DNA of 64,000 nt. Source: Octopus bimaculoides. Lineage: Eukaryota. The stretch's first letter is position 1, and each line of letters starts with the position of its first letter. Of this stretch, positions 1 to 13,419 are shown in pieces. The position numbers were made by a program, and so were the translations under genes. The stretch covers positions 132,251,248-132,315,247 of the forward strand of contig NC_068984.1 of assembly GCF_001194135.2 (NCBI RefSeq), written 5' to 3'. Below the pieces are notes generated by a model. That model worked only from the letters and a program-made list of their open reading frames with translations, had not been told where the DNA came from and ran no database searches.

Positions 1-121
1 AAACTCTGCCAAATCAGACTGGAGCCTGGTGTTGCCATCCGGTTTCACCAGTCCTCAGTCAAATCGTCCAACCCATGCTAGCATGGAAAGCGGACGTTAA
101 ACGATGATGACGATGATGATG

Positions 122-356
122 ATGTATGTATGCGTGTGTATATGTTGTGTATCTGTGTTTGTCCCCCCATCATCACTTGACAACCGATGCTGGTGTGTTT
201 AGGTCCCTGTAACTTAGCGGTTCGGCAAAAGAGACTGATAGAATAAGTACTAGGCTTACAAAGAATAAGTCCTGGGGTCGATTTGATTCGACTAAAGGCA
301 GTGCTCCAGCATGGCCGCAGTCAAATGACTGAAACAAGTAAAAGAATAAAAGAGCA
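122..356 (+). mobile_element. SINE family B 3' half
   Basis: Matches 34860-35078. Confidence 0.8.
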
Positions 357-382
357 TAATAAAAAAAGAAGCAAGTTAATAC

Positions 383-573
383 CATGAAGAGATTTCTCTT
401 TTGATGCAACCACAGGATTCTGTGTGGCAGCAGAGAGTCCAAGTTCTATCTGTTTCAATAAGGAACGCATGAAATACAGAGTACTGGGCAATTCAGAGGG
501 TGTTGTCTCCTCAACTTCGTACATACGACTAACAGAATGGATTGTGAAGTATCTCTTCTGGTCAGCTATAACC
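383..573 (-). CDS. THADA: THADA coding exon 17 (VIADQKRY...STLYFMRSLLKQIE...KSLH-G)
   Basis: cattgcag|G GTT ... CAT G|gtatta, 191 nt; resembles NTLMVIKCLMENLEEE...PMYG of human THADA as recalled. Confidence 0.87.
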
Positions 574-3500
574 CTGCAATGAAAACATAATGACACAGTG
601 ACTAATGTGTCTGGAAGTAAAAAAATATTAGTGTGGATGGAGTGAAATGTGATACATTGGAAGACAGAGGACTATTGGTTAGTGACTAAAAAGGAGGGCA
701 GATGATGTAGCACATACTCACAGTCAGCCACATCCAATATAAGAACACATTAAGTATGATACATGGATGGTTATTCTAATTCAATACTACCTCAGTTGCA
801 CATACTGGATTTTTATTCAGTCAGGAAGCTAATCACAATATCAGTGAATGTTTCATTCACTGTTTCCTATATTGGAGGTGATGGATTCTCGCCTGATCAT
901 GTGGCTGGCTGTGAGTACATGCCACTGAAAAGACCCCCCAAAACACTAAAATTTTTATCTCTCTCCAATATTTATTGTGTTTTTAAAACAGCATGTCTAT
1001 AAAAGATGTTATCTCAGGACAAATACTATAGTAACAGGCCTAGCAACAGTGTATATGCATTAAGTATGATATATGGATGGCTATTTTAATCTAGAACTAG
1101 TATTATTATGTTCTCAACATGAAGAAGGGAGTGAAAGTGCAGAGTGGATAAGGTGTTGGGCTAGGTCTTCATGGAGTGTATGATCAAATCCATTCAAAAC
1201 ACTTTATTCTATACTATTTCAGTTCAATTAGGTGTTGGGAATAGGTTCCAGGTCATCTGGCATTATTACTTCAAAAGAATGGTTTCTTATCCAGAGAAGA
1301 TTCATCTGCTTATCCTCATGAAAGCAGAATTAAGTACTAACCCTTAAAAAGCCATCAGGGATTAGAAAGGATTTACATTTACTGGGTTTATCACATAAAC
1401 TAGATGAGTGATGAAACTTCCTCCTAGATAAGTTGTCAGTCTGCTACAGAGAACATTTTCGTGCCCCTGGACTGGTTCTTGTGCGGGTGGCACATGAGAT
1501 GCACCATTTTGAGCGTGGCCGTTGCCAGTACCGCCTGACTGGCTCCTGTAGGATTTTCGAGCGAGATCGTTGCCAGTGCCCCTGGACTGGCTTGTGCGGG
1601 TGGCACATAAAAGACACCATTTCGAGCGTGGCCGTTTTCGTGCGGGTGACACGTAAAAGCACCCACTACACTCTCTGAGTGGTTGGCGTTAGGAAGGGCA
1701 TCCAGCTGTAGAAACTCTGCCAAATCAGACTGGAGCCTGGTGTTGCCATCCGGTTTCACCAGTCCTCAGTCAAATCGTCCAACCCATGCTAGCATGGAAA
1801 GCGGACGTTAAACGATGATGATGATGATGATGAAGTAAACCAACCTATAAAGAACAAATTAATTACCATATTTTCTCATGTATAAATCACATCCCTAATG
1901 TACTGTTAAATTTTGGAACAAAATTTTTTCCCTTCACAGTTTTAACTTTTCCCTGTGTATAAGTCACATTCCAGTTTTTTTGCTGTTAAAATTAAGCATG
2001 AAATAGTGTGACTTATGAGCAAATATAGTAAGTGTCTTCCCACAACAAAAGTTAATTTGAACTTTCGATCTATGAGATGATAGTTTAATGCTGTAAGTAT
2101 TAAGCTATTTTATTTCTTAATTAATCATGTAAGAGTTTGGCTGAAATGTTCTATTCAAAGTCGGATTAAAGTCTTAAATATCAAAGAACCAAATCATTCA
2201 GTATGGTTCACTATAATATTAGCAACCACTCGTGTAAATAAAAGATGATGACAGTATATTATTACTCACTTGCAGAAGACCAACTTGCAAAGCAAACTAC
2301 CACTGAGACAATCTGGATGCCGAGGACTGTTACACAAACAAAGAGCTTCACTTAGAAGGTGGGCTGGAAGATTTTTCTTTGAACTTGACAGATATTTAGG
2401 GCTCCAGTCAAAATATTTCTCTAATACATCTGCAGCAAGTTCTCTTACCTAAAAAAGAAACAGAAGCATCTATCTTTATATATAGTTCCTGGATGTGATT
2501 CATTAATATTTACTCTCAATACAAATGGTGGAATAGCAGTAACCATAAAAGACTAGACAATTTCTGTCTTACAGTTTTGTGTTAATGTTCACAGTTCAAA
2601 TCCAGCAGGAATTTACTATGTCTTTGGGGGTCAACAGCAAACTATTAGAAAATCAATTCAACCAACAAGTCTTCTATTTTTTATTCTTTTACTAGTTTCA
2701 GTCATTGGACCGTGGCCATGCTGGGGCACTGCCTTGAAGGATTTTTAGGCAAGTAAATCACCTCCCAGTACTTATTTCTTTTTTTAAGCTGGTACTTATC
2801 CTATCAGTCTTTTTTACTGAACTGCCAATTTAGGGGAATGTAAACAAACCAACACCAGTTGTCAAGTGGTGAGGGGATAAACACAAACACACATACATGT
2901 GTGTATGTGTCTTTGTGCCTGTGTTTGTCCCCAATGCTACCAATTAACAACTGGTGTTGGTTTGTTTATGTCCCTGTAGCATAGCAGTTCGGCAGAGGAG
3001 ATCAACAGAATAAGTACCAGACTGTAAAAATAAGTGTCTATTTGACTACAACCCTACAAGTCACAGTCTAATGACTGAAACAAGTAAAAAATAAAAGAAT
3101 TATACCAGAAAGTTATGAAGATGCATGGTTCTCTAACGTGAAGAGTTAAATATATCCATACACTAACTAGGGAGATATGTTATATATCATCATCATCATC
3201 GTTTAACGTCCACTTTCCATGCTAGCATGGGTTGGACGATTTGACTGAGGACTGGTGAACCAGATGGCTACACCAGGCTCCAATCTGATTTGGCAGTGTT
3301 TCTACAGCTGGATGCCTTTCCTAACGCCAACCACTCCGAGAGTGTAGTGGGTGCTTTTACGTGCCACCGGCACGAAGGCCAGTCAGGCGGTAATCGCAAC
3401 GGCCACGCTCAGAATAGTGTATTTTACGTGCCACCTGAACAGGAGCCAGTCCAGCAGCACTGGCAATGATCTCACTCGAGTGATTTTTCACATGCCACCA

Positions 3501-6500
3501 GCACAAGTGCCAGGAACGCGAAGCTGTGGCACAAGTGCCAAGAAAGCGACGCTGGTAACAATCGGTACAAAAGAAGTCATTCACTAATCAAAATGAATGA
3601 AAATGTGCTTACCTCATCAGCGCCATCTAAGATACAAAGTAATATAGACACAAATGACATTGACGATGTAAAGTCCCATAACTCTTTTTCTTGCTGAGCA
3701 AAAGTAATCAATTTTTTCAAAGAATCTGAAAAAAAAAAAATAAAAAAAAAAAAAAATGAAGGGAAAAATTAATTAATTAAAATTAAAAGCATCGTTTAAG
3801 TTATCTCAGAGTTATACTTCTTTGGCAAGTGACTTGGTCTGAGATTGTGTGTTGAAACATTGTAGATGAACAATTCTAGCCTGATCAAGTCAAAGTGTAA
3901 CTAAATTTTAGACATAAGAAAAGTTAATACAACAATTTTAGTGTGTTTTTAAACAGCTAAAATGTAATTAACTAATCACATATTTAGCAACTGGGAATAT
4001 AAAAACCCACCGAAAAAAGAACATACAAAATGCATGCTAACTTGCTCCCATCATTTCTAACACATTGTCCAAGGTAGCAAAGAATAGCAAATTAAACCAA
4101 CTTTGGTGCTTGACTAGTATTTATTTTACGAACATCAATCCCTGGAAGAATGAAAGCATAGTTGATCCCGACAGGATTTCAACAGAAAAAGCCACAACTA
4201 AATACTTCTCTCTTTTTATGTACTATTTGTAATAGTATTGACAATAATGGATCTCCACACTAAAGTGATTCATGATTTTTCTAGAGAAAGATAGACCAGT
4301 GATTTCCTGCTGATTTCTACCAGTCTATTTTCAGTTTACTCTGCTAGTCTCCAACTTTCCAAAAATTATATTTGAAGCAGAGGGTCCGTTTAATCACAAG
4401 AAAGGGGGACAGGTTCACATGACATCAGAGCATGTCCACACACCAGTGGGTCTATGTGACACATGCTTAGGGGACAGGTTCACATGACATCAGAGCATGT
4501 CCACACACCAGTGGGTCTATGTGACACATGCTTAGGGGATAGGTTCACATGACATCAGAGCATGTCCACACACCAGTGGGTCTATGTGACACATGCTTAG
4601 GGGACAGCTCTTTTCCAAGTCCCGTATGCTTTACTCACAGGACTTTGACAAGCACTACTAATCTCAGGGGAGGTCAGAGTAGGTCAGATAGTAGTGGTGA
4701 CTAAAAGCTCACTCCATACTCTTCAAAACTCCTGAACTTTCAGACTGACACCTTAACCACTAGGACTAAGTACCACAAAGTATTTAATCCACTTCTCAAT
4801 CATTCTTACTACTGCCTTTATATACCATTTGATACTGAATTCTAGCAGAAGCACAAGGTTACAAATCAGAGGACAGTGGAGAATTGCTTGTAACATCTGT
4901 TCACTAATGGTAGGAAACTCTCAAGAGAGTTACACAGCAGAAGACTGCCTAAATTCATGGGTTTTGAAACAGGATTCCATGAACTACCTATCACACCCTA
5001 CCACATTGCATTTTACTACACCACACTTTACCACAGTATATACCACCACACTCAGCTACAGTCCACCACTTTTATATTACAGTCCATAACACCTAACACT
5101 ATAACACTGCCTCTTCTGTCTCCTTAAAATGTTGACCAACTCCATGTCATTAGTATATTATAGAAGAGATGACTGGCACTACTTAACAACCAATGCTATA
5201 ACAAGTTAGTTACTTGCCCAGATAATAAAATTTCATGGACAAGCAACAAATCTGTCTCTGGAAAGATGTTGATCTATTCACAGGTAATTTGCCCTGCTTA
5301 AAGAATTGAACCCAATATTAAAAGCTGATGAATCACTCATCAATTCCACATTGCAGTTATTATTGTTGTTGTTGTTTATGGAGATGAATTATATACCACC
5401 ACATGTGGTGCCTACTTAAAGCTAGTCAAGGAGGAAGCCTTTATGTGATCCTGCAGCACACTAGAAATATTATCCAAGTTCCTGAATGTGCACCGCTGAG
5501 ATTGTGGTGCATCTTTTATGCAGTCAAATACATCAGAAAGAAAAATGAAATTGCTTCATACCTACAAAAGATTTCCTTTTGTAACTAAGATCAGGCAGAA
5601 CAAATACTTCATAGATGACATTCAGTATTTCCAAACACATCTTGCGTCGCTGGAAGTTTGAACCAGGGACAAGGTTTTCAGTGCACAACCTGTGTAACCA
5701 GTCCACAAATTCAATGGAATGATCTGAGCAATTAGAAAAATTAAAATAAAAGAAATAGAAACATGAAATAAGTAGAAACATTTACACTGTCATTGCTGAA
5801 TCACTTTGATGTTACATGAAAGTGTTTAATAAATAGATTTGAAATACTGTAATTAAAAAGATGTTTACCAATTGAGCTCAAATTTTGAGTTTTCATCAAA
5901 GAGGAGCAACTGTCTCTGATTCTAATCAGCAATTTCTTCAGTGCTGAGACCAGATTCTGTCGAAATGGGGCTGAATCAATATTCAAGTTGACAGGAAGAG
6001 CTTCCATCAGCAGTTTAGACTCCAGAGAATGAAGCATTTCTACAAGAATCCAGTGAATAAATTAGGTTTGAAATTTAATATAAGAGTGTGACAAAGAAAA
6101 TTTTGGCACAAGGCAAAGAAAATATTACTGTTCTGATCAAGCGAAAGAATCTTTTCAAATTTGGTGATGATGGAAGTATGACCAGCAGACAAAACCAAAT
6201 TAAATTATTGATAGGATGTATGAAAAGTAGGTGAAATGTTAAGTAAAAAAACCTGGTTTCTACAGCTGGATGCCCTTCTTAATGCCAATCATTTTACAGA
6301 GTGTAGTGGGAGCTTTTTACACTGGTACAGATACTCTTTACGTAGCACCAGAACAGGTGCTTTTTGCATGACACTGGCACAATATTGAAGTCAGATGCAT
6401 AAGATACTAAAGTAGGTATCATAAAAAATGCTATCCTGGTTCTCACTCTACTCTCTGCACTAACTACAAAAGATGCCCTTGTGTAATACCTGAAGGAATC

Positions 6501-8135
6501 TTTCATTTTCCCATCTCCCAAACTGCAGTTGATCCTTCTGGTCTCTTGTTGAAAGAATCTGTACCAGTTTTGTAGAATTCACTTTTCTTCTACTATCTAG
6601 CCCCTTTCTCTACCTTTTCTATAATAATGGATTCTGTTTCTAAAAGCTGGTTGGTCTTCGATTAACTACCCTCAGATACACCTTGCCAACTCCTTTCTCC
6701 TCTTTTCATCACTTATGCTGTTTTCCCTCCCACCAAGTCCTGTATTAACCCTTAAACTTAGTTCTTCTTTCCCAGAACATTGGCCTTCTGGAATCTTTTC
6801 CTGTTTATGTTTTTCCTGCAAGTATTAACTATAAAAAAAAATACTGGTTCAAGTGGAACATTACTGGCATCAATGTCACCATTGAAAGCTCCCATAGTTT
6901 CCCCTCCGTTAAATTTCACTCAGATAATGAACTTATAACCATCGATTCGAGAGCTTCTATATATGTAGCGACTTGATATTGTTAAATAAAAACATTAAAT
7001 AAATGGTCTAAGTTATTAATCTCAAATGTTAACTCCAAATTAATCGCACAATCGTACATCATCATTATTTAAAGTCCGTTTTCCATGCTGTAATTGTTAT
7101 ATTTTATTCAGAAAAGAAAAGCCGAAGCGAGATGTGGACATTGATCTCATTTGAACAGACATACTCGTTTTATAATTTTGCAGCCACTCTTCGAAGCTAG
7201 CATAGGCAGCACAATTTGTTCATTTGTTTTTACCAAACTCGGTCATGAGAAGCAAGGGCAATAACTGTTGTTAAACAGCCACGCTAAGATAAACAGAGTT
7301 CTGTACCTTGAAATGCTGCTGAAGTACACGTTCCCTTTTCAATAGTACTCCTCACCCCATATCAACATGGCCATCGCACCTGCACACCTTAGCTGCTACT
7401 TTTAATATCTAGCTGCACCCTCAGGTCACTTGTGTTCTGCCTTTCATATAAGTTAACGTAACTTACGAGTGTGTGTGTGTGTACTTGTAAGCATGCATGG
7501 GTAACATTTAACAATGTTATGTCTGTATCAACACGACAACGTCCGGCTGAATGTTACATACAGGCATGGAATGTATAATAACGAACCATGTAGATCCTAT
7601 GAACACTTATAGATCTGTGCACAGATACCTTTTATATACACTCATGCGCAAACATTTACATATGCACATATGTTCACAAGTGAAATCTTTACAATACAAT
7701 ACTCTCATTCACATTTATATGTACAAATACACTCGTGTGTGTGTGTGTGTGTAAGTATTTATAGTTATTAATGCTTGTTTCTACATTGAGTTATAATAAA
7801 ATTTAACAATAAACTGAAGGATTACTTAATACTTTTTGACAGTCTGAAGAAGGTTAGCAGGTCAAAATTTTGAAGGCACTGTTACAACAATTCTTGTCAA
7901 TGTATAATACACACACACACACACACACATACACACACACACACACAAACACACGCGTGCGTGCAAATATACATTCATAGAGAAGAAATATCAAAACAGT
8001 ACCAGCTTTTTTTGCAGAGCTGCAGAGAAGAGTGAGTGCATCTAGCCTCAAAGGAGCACTTTCGGAACAGAGAGCTTCACGGAGTAAAGTTTCATTCTGT
8101 TAAAAAGAGAGAAAATGGTAGATGCCATCATTTAG

Positions 8136-8178
<43 letters not shown>

Positions 8179-8949
8179 NNNNNNNNNNNNNNNNNNNNNN
8201 NNNNNNNNNNNNNNNNNNNNNNNNNNNNNNNNNNNNNNNNNNNNNNNNNNNNNNNNNNNNNNNNNNNNNNNNNNNNNNNNNNNNNNNNNNNNNNNNNNNN
8301 NNNNNNNNNNNNNNNNNNNNNNNNNNNNNNNNNNNNNNNNNNNNNNNNNNNNNNNNNNNNNNNNNNNNNNNNNNNNNNNNNNNNNNNNNNNNNNNNNNNN
8401 NNNNNNNNNNNNNNNNNNNNNNNNNNNNNNNNNNNNNNNNNNNNNNNNNNNNNNNNNNNNNNNNNNNNNNNNNNNNNNNNNNNNNNNNNNNNNNNNNNNN
8501 NNNNNNNNNNNNNNNNNNNNNNNNNNNNNNNNNNNNNNNNNNNNNNNNNNNNNNNNNNNNNNNNNNNNNNNNNNNNNNNNNNNNNNNNNNNNNNNNNNNN
8601 NNNNNNNNNNNNNNNNNNNNNNNNNNNNNNNNNNNNNNNNNNNNNNNNNNNNNNNNNNNNNNNNNNNNNNNNNNAATAATAATAATAATAATTAATAATA
8701 TTAGGATAAGAAAAATTTTAGAAATTTTTACTACCAATGGCCTAGCTATTCCTTCTAGCATGCTAGGTATCCTATAATTGATACCTCTCATATGTTTAAA
8801 TGTACACTGTATATATATATATATATATATATAGGAACAGGTATGTACGTATATTTAAGAAGCTAGTTTCTTAACCATGAAGTCTTGGGTTCAATCCTAT
8901 CATGCAGACCTTGAGTAAGTGTCTTTTACTATTGCCCTACTATGTGTTT

Positions 8950-8988
<39 letters not shown>

Positions 8989-9784
8989 ACATAGGTATGT
9001 ATACATATAACTTGTCAAATGCTGTGTTGTGGGACTGAACCCAAAACCATGTGGTTGCAAAATTGAGCTTCTTAACCATACAAACATATCTGTACCTTGT
9101 CAACAAATATGTCTTTTCTTATAGTATATACATATATACTTTAGATGGGTAAAATTAAGCGTTTTGTAGGAAAACAAAAAACAACAACCAAATATTTCTG
9201 TATATGAGAAAATACATGGAGTAAATTACTACAATGTAGAAAATGAGACAGCAAAAAGAATTAATGTCAACATTTCTATAGAAGAATAGGGTAAAAAATA
9301 AAAGATTTGATGCCTTTAAGTCTGCCCACTTGGAGGCCACTTCAGATCGTTGAATACTGACTTCCTCTCTGACCTTTCTTAAGTGGGTGATAGAGTCTCA
9401 ACAACAATAATGATAATCTTTTTTATTTTGGCACAAGTCCAGCAATTTGAGGGGAGGGAGAACAAGCCAATTAGAATAATAATAATGCTAATATTTGTTG
9501 TTGCTGCTGTAACCACCACCACCATCTCCTCTACTACATATATACATACATACACATACATCATCATCATCAGCATCATCATCGTTTAACGTCCGCTTTC
9601 CATGCTAGCATGAGTTGGACGATTTGACTGAGGACTGGTGAACCAGATGGCTGCACCAAGTTCCAATCTGATTTGGCAGAGTTTCTACAGCTGGATGCCC
9701 TTCCTAACGCCAACCACTCCAAGAGTGTAGTGGGTGCCTTTTACGTGCCAGTCAGGCAGTACTGGCAACGGCCACACACACATA

Positions 9785-9869
<85 letters not shown>

Positions 9870-10496
9870 CATACAAACAAACACACACATCTATTATGTA
9901 CAGTTGGTGACTACCAAAATCCACTCAGAAGGCTTTGGTTGGCCTAGGACTAGTAGTAGAAGACATTTGTCCAAGGTGCCATGTAACAGGATTGAAACCA
10001 AGGCCAGATGGTTAGGGAGCAAACTTCTAAAACAACATGTCCATTCTTGTGCCTGTGCAGGAGTAAATTTTAGTCAACTATGACCTTCCTACAAAATACA
10101 CAACCTCCTGTCCAGTCTTTATCAGTTTTTAAGAGTCAGTCGTGACTAATTAAAGAGGAGAAAGGTCAAACCTGTTATTTCTCATAAAGGATGGAGTCAT
10201 TTATTCTGTGTTACATTGACCATAGAAACCTTCACAAGAGGCTGATTCATTACTGAACACATACATACATACATGCGTGCACACACACACGCACACACAC
10301 ACACACTTCTTTCTCAGTTAGAAATTCTCAAACATATTGACTAAGCTAGAGAATTTGCAGCTGTTGAAAACATTATGTATCAAATTGACTTGGATTATAG
10401 CTATATTGCAGATTTTCATAGATCTAAAAACCAAGATCATCATCATCATCAAATCGTCCAACCCATGCTAGCATGGAAAGTGGGCGTAAAACGATA

Positions 10497-10527
<31 letters not shown>

Positions 10528-10927
10528 CTGAAATTTTAAGACTTCATTTTTTTATGAGCATATATGAGTTAAACTCAGAAGGTGAAGATGGAAGAATTAC
10601 CAATAAACAGTTTGTCTGCTGTGCTAATGATACTGTCAGCTTGTTGCCTTAAACTTTATAAATTGATATTTTCGTTATCGATATAACACTTCACAAAGGT
10701 AAATAGACAATTAGAAGAGTCTAATGGGATATGTAATAAAATACAGATTGACTGTTTATTGAAATTCTAGACAATATTTCAACAATATGTCTATCTTCTT
10801 TAGGTTCAAAATAAAATGAGAAAAAAAATGAGACAATTCAAAATTGCAATGGAACTATCCTGTGTCCCTTCCCAAACAAAAATACATCAGCAAATTTTGC
10901 TTGTTTGTAACTGATTAAAACAAGAAA

Positions 10928-10958
<31 letters not shown>

Positions 10959-11708
10959 GAGAGAGGATAAATACCCATTCAATGGAACCAGAGAGATTTC
11001 TCATTGTCAGAGAGACCATAATCCAAATGTGTAGTAGTTCAGGATGACTCCACTTTGATTGGAGATCCAGCTTACGACAAAGGTCCAGCTGCGGATGTTT
11101 GGAAGGACTCAAAGCTCCGGTCAGCAACATGCTGAGATGTTGACCACACTGAGGGATGAACTTCAGAGTGGACGGCAACCAGTAGTGGCAGATATTACGT
11201 TTTACCAGCCTAATGGTGTGTAAAAAAAGAAAAAAAAAAAAATTACCAATAAATATCTATTCAGAATTTCGTTCAGTAAATTAAAAAACAATTTCTTTGT
11301 ATTTTAGAGTTTGTGCTTACAGATTGAGTCAAGCTGAGTACATAGGTGATACTTACTCATCTTCATTAGCAAGGCCATCAAGAAGTGTGTTTCTCCAGTC
11401 TTGGTCCCAGATACTCACAGTATCTTTGCATCTGGTAAAAAAAAACAAGCAAAATTAACAGTGCATCATCGTCATCATTTTAATGATCACTTTTCCATGC
11501 TTGCATGGGTTCTGATGAGACTTATGGAGGCAGATATTCTATGGCCAGATGCCCTTCCTGTTACCAACCCCCACCTGTTTCCAAGTAAAGTAACATTTCC
11601 CCATAGCCAGGTAGGTTTTCACAGAATATTGGAAATGAAGGACACTGCTCCTATGACAGTGACACTCATTTATGACTTTCACATTGAGTCAAGGCAAAGA
11701 GACATAAG

Positions 11709-11746
<38 letters not shown>

Positions 11747-11794
11747 CTCTCACACACACACACNNNNNNNNNNTCTCTCTCTCTCACACACACT

Positions 11795-11830
<36 letters not shown>

Positions 11831-12178
11831 ACAAGCTTCTTTCAGTTTCTCTCAGCAAAATCTACTCACAAGACACTTGCCCAAGGTGCCATGCAGTGAG
11901 ACTGAACCTGAAACCATGTGGTTAGGAAGTAAACTCCTTAACCACACAGCCAAACTTACCCCTATTCACAGAGCTACACCTTCACCAATGGTCACAAAAA
12001 ATATATACTGGATCAGTTCAATAAATTGGAAAAAAAGGTCAGGCGTTACTGCCAACAGCCATGCTCAAAATGGTGTATTTTATGTGCCACCCGCACAAGA
12101 GCCAGTCCACAAGAGCCAGAAAGGCGACGCTGAGCACAGGTGCCATCACGATTTCGCTTTCGTTTGCCCCAACAGCTC

Positions 12179-12221
<43 letters not shown>

Positions 12222-13357
12222 TGTGTGTGTGATGGGCTTCTATACAGCTTCTGCCCAGCAAATTTCACTTACAGGGCATATCAACCTAAGAATATAGAGG
12301 TAGACACTTGCTTGTTGTAACACACAGCAGTGGGATGGGACCTGTGACCGCATGGTTTAGAAACTGTCCAAAAAACAACAGCCTTAACCTTTCCTGACTA
12401 GTGCGATTGATATGGCTAATGTTCAGTTTAAACACACTGAAAGCAATGTTTTCAAGATGTGCATAGGTCAGAGTGAATGTCAGAGTGTTGTAGTTCTGAA
12501 GAGGAACTTCACTAGAGAGTGAAGTATTTATTACAAGGGTTGGGAAGTGAAATACTTTCTATGGGAATGGAAAGAGGAGAAACAGGTAAGTTATATGGGT
12601 ATAGAAGGTACACAGAAAGCTATTTTGAAAGAGCAGAGACCATGCAGTGGCAATAGGAGAGTTAACCCTTTAGCATTCAAATGGGCCATATCTGGCCCAA
12701 ATAATCTACCTGTTTTGTGTTCAAACTGACTGATTAGGCCTCTCACAACTTCCCTACAATGTCATTTTAAAAGTAAACAAATACATCATCAAAATCTCAA
12801 AGCTACAAGATAATGCATGATTAATTCAAAACAGTGTTAAAAAATAAGTGTTACATTTGAAAGAGTAATCTGAATGCTAGAAGGCGAAGGGAAGGAAATT
12901 ATTTGTCATTAAACTAATTGGCAATGATCCACTCTTAATGAGTGGATCAGTGGATCATTGCCAATTAGTTTAATGACTGGATGTGTGCTACGATGTGTAT
13001 GCATGTATAATTGTGCAACAGCAGCACCACCATCTGACAGACATATGCACACATACACACACACACAGAATTCAAAAGTAAGATAGACTGCAGTCAGTGG
13101 CAAAATGTCCTTACAAAAGACTCACAGAGCAAGTTTGGTCATGTAAACACGGTAAACCTCGCTGGCAGAAGTTACCAGATGATTCGTAGCCATACACATA
13201 ACCAACTGTGATTTCACTTCTTCCAGGTTAGAGAATGCCTGAAATATAATGTAAAAAATTATCTTTCAATGTTTTTATCATCATAATAACCACCATCACC
13301 ACAAATGAAAAATGAATATGTAATCATATGCATAATGTGTATATATATATATATATA

Positions 13358-13419
<62 letters not shown>

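Noticed and set aside
4405-4607. Retrozyme/hammerhead in the 65-bp repeat
   Set aside because: The minus strand has CUGAUGU, not CUGANGA, and no GAAA core
11410-11420. Internal ACT|GTGAGT donor in exon 10
   Set aside because: It would leave a 13-nt frameshifting exon; the downstream gtaagt donor keeps the frame
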